DNA of 51,021 nt from positions 1-51,021 of the forward strand of contig CAXIUT010000056.1 in NCBI GenBank assembly GCA_964035545.1. The letters run 5' to 3'. Made by a program: the position numbers and the translations under genes. The DNA comes from Bugula neritina (Eukaryota > Animalia > Bryozoa). The notes under the pieces were generated by a model that ran no database searches, was not told where the DNA came from, and saw only the letters and a program-made list of their open reading frames with translations. Within the stretch, counting starts at the first letter, position 1, and the number at the start of each line of letters is the position of its first letter. This document shows, in pieces, positions 29,261 to 37,514 of this stretch.

Positions 29261-30642
29261 AGATGCACATCACCCTCCAGCTAACCGATCCAGACGGCGT
29301 TGTTCACGACCATCAGGTCGCGGTTCTGGACAAGGAATTTAGCACCTCTGGTGAGGTTGGCCTGTCCATTTCAGAAAGCAAGGGTTTGCTGCTCGCGTTG
29401 CAAACGGAAATCACATCTGCCCAAACACAAGCCTATTGCACGGCACACTCGTCGTGCCCTTGCTGTGACCGCAAGTTGCGGAGGAAAGGCCATAAAAACA
29501 TCCGCTACCGCACGGTTTTTGGTGACATTCCTATTCACAGTCCACGGTTTTATCATTGCGCATGCCAAGACAAGGCTGCCCAGACCTTTAGCCCCCTGAC
29601 TGCATTATTACCCGATCATGTTTCTCCAGAAATGCTGTGGCTGGAAAGCAAATGGGCGTCTTTGGTTTCGTACGGTGCTAGCGTGAATTTGTTGAAAGAT
29701 GTGCTGCCGATTGACAAACAACTGACTGCGGAGACCGTGCGCCGACATTTGGGATGCGTTGGCAAGCGCTTGGAAAGCGAATTGGCTGACGAACAATATA
29801 GTTTTGTTGAGACCAGTGCCTATGAACGTGAGCGGCTTCCAGTCCCAGACGGCCCGATCACGGTTGGCATTGATGGTGGCTATGTACGTTCGCGCAAGAA
29901 GGGCCAATCCCATTTTGAAGTGACTGTGGGGAAATCAATTCCTACTGATCGTCCAAATCGTTACATTGGCCTTGTGCAAAGTCATGATGAAAAACCCAAA
30001 CGCCGACTGCATGGCATATTGAAAGATCAAGGCTGGCAGGAAAACCAGCATGTGACGTTCATGACCGATGGGGGCGACAGCGTGATCAATATCGCACGGG
30101 ATATGGCTCCTGCATCCACACATATCCTAGACTGGTTTCACATTACGATGCGCATCACGGTGATGGGACAATATATAAAGGGCCTGATCCATCATAATCC
30201 GGACGAGGGCGAAGAAATGGCCCGGATGCTGCGGCAGATCAAAGGATATCTGTGGAATGGCAATCTGCATAACGGGCAACAGGTTATCGAAGATCTAGTC
30301 ATGGATCTTGATGGGGTTGAAACGGAATATGCCAGCATCAAGGCGCTACGAAAGGCAGCAGGTGAATTCCAGACATACATCACAAATAACGCCTGGATGA
30401 TCCCCAACTATGCTGAACGCCGCCGTTATGGCGAACGTGTCTCGACCGGATTTGTCGAAAGCACCGTCAATACCGTCGTCGGAAAACGCTTCTGTAAACG
30501 TCAACAAATGCGCTGGTCAAAAACAGGTGCACATCTCATGCTGCAAACCCGGACTCGAACTTTGGACGGAACGTTGCGGGATAAATTCGAACAATGGTAC
30601 CCGGGAATGAAAGACAGCAATCAAACCAAATGCGCAGCATAA
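29257..30642 (+). CDS. ISKra4-family (Mutator-like DDE) transposase
   Basis: GIDGGYVR, TDGG, HILDWFHI-MR, STGFVES-VN, KRQQMRWS-GAH; N-terminal CxxC...CxC. Confidence 0.9.
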   Translation: MKMHITLQLTDPDGVVHDHQVAVLDKEFSTSGEVGLSISESKGLLLALQTEITSAQTQAYCTAHSSCPCCDRKLRRKGHKNIRYRTVFGDIPIHSPRFYHCACQDKAAQTFSPLTALLPDHVSPEMLWLESKWASLVSYGASVNLLKDVLPIDKQLTAETVRRHLGCVGKRLESELADEQYSFVETSAYERERLPVPDGPITVGIDGGYVRSRKKGQSHFEVTVGKSIPTDRPNRYIGLVQSHDEKPKRRLHGILKDQGWQENQHVTFMTDGGDSVINIARDMAPASTHILDWFHITMRITVMGQYIKGLIHHNPDEGEEMARMLRQIKGYLWNGNLHNGQQVIEDLVMDLDGVETEYASIKALRKAAGEFQTYITNNAWMIPNYAERRRYGERVSTGFVESTVNTVVGKRFCKRQQMRWSKTGAHLMLQTRTRTLDGTLRDKFEQWYPGMKDSNQTKCAA

Positions 30643-30674
30643 ATGCCCCACGCTTTGGGGTGCTCTCCTCTTTC

Positions 30675-30698
30675 AACGCATTCTTGGGTAAATGCGTT
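30675..30698 (-). terminator. Hairpin downstream of the 1,466-aa gene
   Basis: AACGCATT-N8-AATGCGTT. Confidence 0.35.
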
Positions 30699-30782
30699 TG
30701 GTTAATACCTTCGTACGCGGGGCCGATTAATGAATTCCTAATCTTTACATAGATCCTTTTAGGGTCATTGCAGATGCAGCGG

Positions 30783-33700
30783 TCAACGTTTTTTAGAACC
30801 AGTACGCCGGCGCATTAGACCCTTCCGGGACGACTTTGTTGCGTTTGGATTCAGCTGTTCAATGGCAATGTCGGGGCGATCTGTAAAGATTTCACGGTGC
30901 CCTGCTTGAATTGCGGATTGTATGGCTTCAGCCTTGTTTACGACCCAGATACCGACTCTGGAAGGGTCGATGTCCCCAATCCCATTCTGGGCTTTCAGGG
31001 CTTTTAGTAATGCTTGGTTCAAAGTTATTCCACAGCCAGAAATCGATGAGAAGCGTTCGATTGTCTTTTCAAGGCTGCCAAGCGTTTCAATCGACCGAAA
31101 GTTCACGGATGCAAGCAAAGGAACATCTTTGTCCAATTCTCGAATGGTTTCAAGAATTTCAGGTGAAAAGCTGGTTAGCGTTACCCGATCCATCATATTG
31201 CGGCCACGCAGATTGTCCAACGTCAACGCGGCCATTCCATCGTAATGGTTGCCAACCGCATCGTTCTTTAGCTCAACAAAAACATGCAAGCCGGTTGGTT
31301 GCAGAATATCCAGCACTTCATCTAAGGTAGGTATGGGTTCGTCCAAAACGACTGTCTTTTGCGTTTCGGGTGGAGACCATTTCAAGTTCAGTTTGCGCAA
31401 ATCTGATAAGGTCTGTGTTCGAATGAAACCAGTGCCAGTTGTTGTACGTTCCACAAATGCATCATGATGAACGACAAACTGATTATCTGCAGTCAGATGA
31501 ATATCAATCTCTACGGCATCTAATCCTTCCATTTGGGCAACAGCGCGATACCCTTCTAGAGAGTTTTCGCAATATAGGTTTTTGGCCCCACGATGGCCAA
31601 CAACAAAGGGCTTGCTGCGCGGCTCGGTCACTGATGTTGTGGGGGCTTTGGGGTGCCAAGGATGCAGAGGTTGCATTTTTTCTGCCGTTAGATCGTGCAT
31701 CGCTTGCTCGAATTGCCCGCCCAAACTGCGATCGATATCCACAAAATATTGCCGTGCTCTCATTCGTGTTTCGCCAAGGAAATCATCCCCGTCGACGATG
31801 ACGCGTTTGATCAAATCCAAAAGCTCATCTGGAGAATTGAAAAGATAGCAGTATTTTTCCATTGGCATCGAACTGGATGCCATCCTCAAATTGCTTCCGG
31901 CTGGCATGTACAAGAAAATCGGCCGTCCTGTCGCAAGATAATCGCTGACAACGCTTGAAATATCGGCGATCAAGAAAGCCGCATCAGTCATAAGATCAGC
32001 GGCCAGTTTGGAGCGCTCAATCACGTTGATCTCTTTCTTGCCTTTCAACTGGGTCCGTTTCAGACGTGTTTCAATTTCGCCTAGGTGGGGCAAGCGTCGG
32101 CCAACCCAAGGGTGGAATTTTGCCACAGCTTCAGTTCGGGTGAGTTCAACGGCAGCGGGGAGGAAGGCCTCGCACGTTTGCACGGATGAATAGGCCTGTT
32201 CTGACAGATTTCCTTCCCAAGTCGGAAGATATAAAAAGCTGTTAGGTTTGGTTTGCTCCAGTAATGGCAGCATGTTGCGCAATGTAGGGCGCCCGACAAT
32301 GCGAAATTTGATTGAAGAATAATCAAACCCAGAATTCCGGAACCGGTCAATCTGCGCCTGCCCAGCACACCAGACTTCGTCGTACACGCGAAAGAATTTG
32401 TGGCAGCTGGCGACTTTTTCACTGTCTCCATGGCCAAGGAAAATATGGACCAAATGATTGAAACGCAGCACGTGTAAATTGTTACCCACATTGGAAATAT
32501 ACATAACCGATAGAAGGTTGGGCGTATTGGCGACGAGCCACTCAATCTCTAGCGCAGTCTTAATAAAGACCACATCCAATTCTGGGCGGTTTTTCTTGAG
32601 GAAGTTATAGAGCGCAAGTGTGCGTACGACCAAGATAGCGTTTGGATCAGCGTTCTTGCAATATGAATACCATAGATCGACATAAAATGATGCATCCACA
32701 CCATCGCCAATATGAAGCAGATACCGTGCTTCTTTCATCAGCCCGCGCAGGTCCTCTGCCAAATACTTGCCATGCATCCCCGAAGCTGCATACCACAGTT
32801 CCGGTTTGTCCAGCTTGATCATAAGCGCGGTACCTGCTGCAACACGTGCAGGCTGGTCCCATTCTACGCCGTCCATGATCTCAAGGCAGGCCGCAATGAT
32901 AAGGCTGTTTTCGTCTACAACTTTGCACTTTTTGCCAGCGAAGGTTGAAAATGAACCTGAAATATCAGCGTCTTCATGCAGGGTTTGTTCGAGATATTTC
33001 TTCAGGTTTAGTGGCCTCAAGATTGTGACGTCATCATGGGTATGTTTGGTCAATTCAAAGTCGGTGAGCGTGGTGTGTAAGCCTGAAGACTTAACCAAAA
33101 CAGTCGTTTGGCTCTTTTTGAAATAAACACGTAATGTGACGCGGGTACCATTGGTGCTTTTGAAATGGTAGGCCTCTGCGCCTGGTTCAATAACTGGATC
33201 TATAAGCTCAAACATTCCTGAGTTTGCGATCTCGTGCGCCATGTCTTCTGCGCCATCAACCTCCCGAACACCGAATTCTAGGGCCTCAGGGAAATCCCCA
33301 CCTTCTGTAAACCGCATCCAACTGCGCAGAGTTACGCCAGAAACAAATACAGGGATATCCTTGTCGTTGATGAGGTCGGTCATTGCATTAAACGTTGACT
33401 CAACATGCAAAGGATAGTTCCGCGCCAACCTTCTTGGTAGGTTTTCAAATGGGCTATGCCAGAGTGGTACTGGACCGTCGGAACGCCAGCCTGCAATTGG
33501 GTCGCTTTTCTTCCACCGCCAGCGTCCCAACAAAACTTTCGACGCCTGCTCCTGCGCCATGACTGCCGCGCTTTCGGTTTCTCCAGCGCGAATAAATGCA
33601 GTCAAACGTGCGGCATCAACCCCGCCGGCTCCAAAGGCTTTTCGGAAACGAGGTAAATGTATCCGGTTTGACCAAAGGTACTCTCCCAAATCACCACTAT

Positions 33701-35183
33701 TTTGGATCGTATCTGCCGCGGCCATCAGCAATTCCTGAGAAGGATACGCTTTGTTCAGACGCAATAGGATCGAACGTGCCAATGTATTAAGGCCAAAGCG
33801 GCGTAAGATGGCGACAAGGGTTTTATACGCAGCAAGACTGCGCCCACCTTTTTCAAAATAGACACGACATTCTTCCAACGCCTTGGTTAATTCGCCATTG
33901 AGATATGCAAATCGAGCCCGATAAAACTGTGCCACGAGCGGGGCGTCTTTGTCGATATCTTCAACCATTTCTTGTGCGCGGTCTGTTTTGTTGCGCATCA
34001 ACAGTTGTTCGATCTCAAGCCCTAAAAACTCTGCATTGATCTTTGCAGAAACTGAGGCATTTCGCATCATCTGCACGGCGTCGTCTGCCAGGCCACCAGA
34101 TCCAGAAATAACCGCTTGCTGCACAAGCTGGATGCTGGCGCGCGATCGTGCAGGTAAAACGCTTATTGCATTCTTCTTTGGAAGACTTTTGACAGTTTGT
34201 TCTGCTATCTCTTTGATTGGATTTTCTTCGTCCAAAACATCTGAGTCTGCCAACTGCTGCAAGGCCCGAGCAATCATTTTTGAGCTGGTTTCACCCAAAT
34301 AATTTTCTAGATAGTCCATCATGAATTCGCGGACCCGCTGGTTGATTTCGGGCCGGTTCTCAATCATCTCAAGCATGTCGGCAAACGATGATGCATGAAG
34401 ACCAATTTTGCGATCGTACAGATAGCCTTCTACGGCTGCGCCGTAGCGCGAAATGATTGCTTTTCCTACCAACCAATTTGGAAAAATAACGGGTTTGTCC
34501 AATGCCCATGCATCAAACATAACTGAGTCACAATCGGTAATGACAACATCCGCGTTCAACAGCGCTTGGTCCAATTGAGTGCGGTCAAAATCTTCTTCCC
34601 CGATATCTGGGAAATAGTGGAAATCGCATACTTCGGACAAAGCTTCGGCATAGTCAGAAATGACATCTTGTGTTGATGTGAGTTGGTCCAGTTCTGAGTC
34701 TGCATTTAGCGTTGAGGCGAGCCAGAGTACATTAAGTGGTGGAAGTTCAACCTCTTCATCTGAGGTGTTTTCCGTTTGATCAACGACAATGGGCTTTGGT
34801 CGTTTCGCTTGTAGGCGGCGCAACATATCAATCCGTGGAGATCCCACAGGAATTGCGTTATGTGTTGCAAAAGCAAGACCCTTTTTTGACGTAACGCGCC
34901 GCTGCAACCAGCGTCCTGGGACCAAAAGAGTTTCAAAGCTGTTCGCGCGGAATTCACCTTGTGATTTGCGGAATAAGTAGTTTCGATCAGAGACCAGATA
35001 AGGCAGTAAAACTTCGGCATTGCGTGGAACAAAAAAGGCAAGATTGAGACAGTCTTCATGCATTCCAGGTTTGGCTTGAACTGACATTTCAGTGCCGAGT
35101 GCTTTTTTAATTTCTTTGAAAATTACGGTCTGATGTGGTACTAAATCAGCCGTTTTGGTCAGGTTGAAATTTAGAGTTTTCAT
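30783..35183 (-). CDS. Multidomain protein: TagF-like CDP-alditol phosphotransferase + TPR-like + degenerate LicD-like + second TagF-like + glycerophosphodiester phosphodiesterase
   Basis: VGSPRID...ADVVITDCDSVMFDAWALDKPVIF; GHGDSEK...GRP...YLPTWEG...KFHP...LIADISSVVSDYLATGRP; C-terminal VVGHRG...ENS...VEIDIHLTAD-VVHHD...PTLDEVL...VELK...TDRP. Confidence 0.8.
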   Translation of the reverse strand: MKTLNFNLTKTADLVPHQTVIFKEIKKALGTEMSVQAKPGMHEDCLNLAFFVPRNAEVLLPYLVSDRNYLFRKSQGEFRANSFETLLVPGRWLQRRVTSKKGLAFATHNAIPVGSPRIDMLRRLQAKRPKPIVVDQTENTSDEEVELPPLNVLWLASTLNADSELDQLTSTQDVISDYAEALSEVCDFHYFPDIGEEDFDRTQLDQALLNADVVITDCDSVMFDAWALDKPVIFPNWLVGKAIISRYGAAVEGYLYDRKIGLHASSFADMLEMIENRPEINQRVREFMMDYLENYLGETSSKMIARALQQLADSDVLDEENPIKEIAEQTVKSLPKKNAISVLPARSRASIQLVQQAVISGSGGLADDAVQMMRNASVSAKINAEFLGLEIEQLLMRNKTDRAQEMVEDIDKDAPLVAQFYRARFAYLNGELTKALEECRVYFEKGGRSLAAYKTLVAILRRFGLNTLARSILLRLNKAYPSQELLMAAADTIQNSGDLGEYLWSNRIHLPRFRKAFGAGGVDAARLTAFIRAGETESAAVMAQEQASKVLLGRWRWKKSDPIAGWRSDGPVPLWHSPFENLPRRLARNYPLHVESTFNAMTDLINDKDIPVFVSGVTLRSWMRFTEGGDFPEALEFGVREVDGAEDMAHEIANSGMFELIDPVIEPGAEAYHFKSTNGTRVTLRVYFKKSQTTVLVKSSGLHTTLTDFELTKHTHDDVTILRPLNLKKYLEQTLHEDADISGSFSTFAGKKCKVVDENSLIIAACLEIMDGVEWDQPARVAAGTALMIKLDKPELWYAASGMHGKYLAEDLRGLMKEARYLLHIGDGVDASFYVDLWYSYCKNADPNAILVVRTLALYNFLKKNRPELDVVFIKTALEIEWLVANTPNLLSVMYISNVGNNLHVLRFNHLVHIFLGHGDSEKVASCHKFFRVYDEVWCAGQAQIDRFRNSGFDYSSIKFRIVGRPTLRNMLPLLEQTKPNSFLYLPTWEGNLSEQAYSSVQTCEAFLPAAVELTRTEAVAKFHPWVGRRLPHLGEIETRLKRTQLKGKKEINVIERSKLAADLMTDAAFLIADISSVVSDYLATGRPIFLYMPAGSNLRMASSSMPMEKYCYLFNSPDELLDLIKRVIVDGDDFLGETRMRARQYFVDIDRSLGGQFEQAMHDLTAEKMQPLHPWHPKAPTTSVTEPRSKPFVVGHRGAKNLYCENSLEGYRAVAQMEGLDAVEIDIHLTADNQFVVHHDAFVERTTTGTGFIRTQTLSDLRKLNLKWSPPETQKTVVLDEPIPTLDEVLDILQPTGLHVFVELKNDAVGNHYDGMAALTLDNLRGRNMMDRVTLTSFSPEILETIRELDKDVPLLASVNFRSIETLGSLEKTIERFSSISGCGITLNQALLKALKAQNGIGDIDPSRVGIWVVNKAEAIQSAIQAGHREIFTDRPDIAIEQLNPNATKSSRKGLMRRRTGSKKR

Positions 35184-35797
35184 AAAAATATTTCCTTGGT
35201 CTTTAAGATCGTAATCTGCAATTCAGTGGTGTTTTTAATGCCTCACAACCGAATTGAAGCGGTCGTGATGATTTATAATATCCGTTCTGAAATCCAGATC
35301 ACCGATTTTTGTCAGAATTAAAATGGTTCATATATAGTTAGTTTAACGTTGAAAAGGGATAACCCAATAGACATTTTGTATTCGGGCTCTGCGCATTTTA
35401 AAACTGTAAACTGCGGTGTGATGCCCAGTTTGAGGGTGGGGGACTTAGGCACAAATAGTTTTTGTGGTCTTTTCCCGCAAACGTTCAAGTCGCTCTTTTC
35501 CGTTGTATGCTCATCATTGTGTTGAAATATTTGGACCAATGATCAAGAGGTACGCTGTACATCAGGATAAGATGTGTTGCGCATGAAATTGTAAAATTGG
35601 AGGGCGCATTTCGAGCAGAAATATTGGCCCAAACATAAGCATAAGCGGCAACACGCCGCGCCCAAGATTTCTAGGCATTGATCACCGATAATGAAGGATG
35701 CTAACACACAAGAACAAGCAAGAACGAGTTGACTTTTTTGCAGTTGTGCGAAAAGTTAACGGTAATTACGTCTAAAAATTTTGAAAGAAATGTATAC

Positions 35798-36502
35798 ATG
35801 ACCGAGTCTTCGACGAGCGATCCTTTCTCCCTGCTGCTGTTGTCAGGTGGAGTAGGGCAACGCAGTGAACATCACGAGCCAAAACAATTCTATAACCTTT
35901 TGGGTCACCCTATTGTCGCCCACTCTTTAATTGCTGCAATGCAAGTCGACAAAATTGTGGAGATCATTGTAAATGCGCCGGCAGGTTACGAAGCTCGTAC
36001 AGAAGAAATAATGAAATCTTATTGTGGAACCAAGCCGTTTAAGATCATTAGCCCAGGCAAAAACCGTCAAGAAAGCTGCGAGTTGCTTGCAGAGGCTGCG
36101 TCACATCCGAATGTGGTCTTGCACGAAGCAGCTCGGCCCTTTGTGGACAAAGATGTCTTTGAACGTTTGATCGAAGATCCAGAAACGAATGCAGGCTATT
36201 TTTTGCCGCTATCCTTTTCTATTTGCCAAATTTCGCCAGTGACTCAATTGGTTATGCGAGGCGTTCCGCGGGACGAGGTGTCCAATGTCATGCTGCCCCA
36301 AAAATTTGACCGTGCAGCACTGATAAAAGGGCACAAGAAAGCCCGCGAGCACAATAAAGTTTTTACCGAAGATGCTGTGATGTGCGTGGAAATGACTGGA
36401 ATGCGTTTTAAGGCGCTGCCTGGGGAAAGTAGAAACCTTAAGATTACTACGAAAGACGATTTTTCAGTCGCAGAACATATGTTTGGGAAAATTAACAGAT
36501 GA
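35798..36502 (+). CDS. IspD/TarI-family alditol-phosphate cytidylyltransferase
   Basis: LSGGVGQR-PKQF, G-NRQES, VLHEAARPF, PQ-F, TEDA, NLKITT-DD; probable ATG at 35798 (ORF open from 35729). Confidence 0.85.
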   Translation: MTESSTSDPFSLLLLSGGVGQRSEHHEPKQFYNLLGHPIVAHSLIAAMQVDKIVEIIVNAPAGYEARTEEIMKSYCGTKPFKIISPGKNRQESCELLAEAASHPNVVLHEAARPFVDKDVFERLIEDPETNAGYFLPLSFSICQISPVTQLVMRGVPRDEVSNVMLPQKFDRAALIKGHKKAREHNKVFTEDAVMCVEMTGMRFKALPGESRNLKITTKDDFSVAEHMFGKINR

Positions 36503-37203
36503 CAAGAACAATTTTAATTAGCGGGGCATCGCGCGGAATCGGACTAGAAACGTCCCGTTTGCTCGCGGCCAAGGATTCAGCATTTGACCGTGTTGTCATG
36601 ATCGCACGGGAGTCTGACGACTTTTCTGCTGCTGTGAGCGCCTTACAAGCTGACCAAGGCAACAAAGAAATCATTGCCATTCCAGCTGATCTTTCAGACC
36701 CTGGCATGGTTGATGTTATTTATGACGAGCTGGATAAGCGCGACATCCGCGTGTCCACCATCCTAAACAATGCAGGTTTCACAAAACCTGCGTCTGTTAA
36801 TGAAACCAGGCTGGAAGATTTTGAAATGACGATGCGGGTAAATTTGTATTCGCCGTTTAAGTTCATTCAGACGGCTTTGCATCGCAGTCATCCATTGGCG
36901 CAGATCGTTAACATCGCATCCACAGCTGGCATGAACGGTCGATCTGGATGGCTCAGCTATTCGTCATCGAAGGCGGCTATGATTGCCATGTCGGAAGTGC
37001 TGCGCGATGAGTTGAAACCGTACGGAATTGAAGTCATATGCCTATCACCAGGACGTTGCGCCACTGATTTGCGCAAAAAGCTGGCTCCGGATGAAGACCC
37101 GTCAACAATCATGCAGCCTGGTCAGGTCGCTGATATCATTGAGTTGATGACGTCAGAAACGGGCAAGTTGCTTTTGAGTCAAAATCTGGTTGTCAGAACT
37201 TGA
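36499..37203 (+). CDS. SDR oxidoreductase, probable ketose-phosphate (ribulose-5-P) reductase
   Basis: SGASRGIG, NNAG, YSSSK, PGR-AT-LR; ATGA-coupled to the TarI-like gene, as in the two domains of Haemophilus Bcs1/Acs1. Confidence 0.75.
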   Translation: MTRTILISGASRGIGLETSRLLAAKDSAFDRVVMIARESDDFSAAVSALQADQGNKEIIAIPADLSDPGMVDVIYDELDKRDIRVSTILNNAGFTKPASVNETRLEDFEMTMRVNLYSPFKFIQTALHRSHPLAQIVNIASTAGMNGRSGWLSYSSSKAAMIAMSEVLRDELKPYGIEVICLSPGRCATDLRKKLAPDEDPSTIMQPGQVADIIELMTSETGKLLLSQNLVVRT

Positions 37204-37514
37204 TCAACACTGCTGCGTGAACCAGTTGGTTTGATCAAAGTTTCGGCTTTGACGTTTGAAGGACTTTAACATTACGAGTTTTGAAAGTGCTACAATTTGT
37301 TATGATTGTTAGCCTTTCAAAATTTGTAATGTATTGGTTTGTTAAACCGATACGCTAACTTATTAACATAATAAATATTAGGCGTCTTATCCCGAGGCGC
37401 TAAAACTAATGTAATTTTGTTGAAATTTACCTACTCTGCCGGGTGATATTTGGCCGATTTGGCGCCTATTCGTCGGCCCCTCTTAGAAGGAGAGCACCCC
37501 AAAGCGTGGGGCAT

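Larger units (their letters stand above)
27841..30668 (+). mobile_element. ISKra4-family (probably ISAzba1 group) element, 2,828 bp, with passenger pRiA4b-ORF3 gene and resolvase
   Basis: Terminal IRs GGAGAGTATCTCAAAGCGTGGGGCA / GGAGAGCACCCCAAAGCGTGGGGCA (22/25); same length and same proteins as 37489..40316. Confidence 0.9.

Noticed and set aside
35798-36502. Housekeeping MEP-pathway ispD
   Set aside because: No ispF; coupled to an SDR and next to a TagF-like gene, which fits TarI/Bcs1 better
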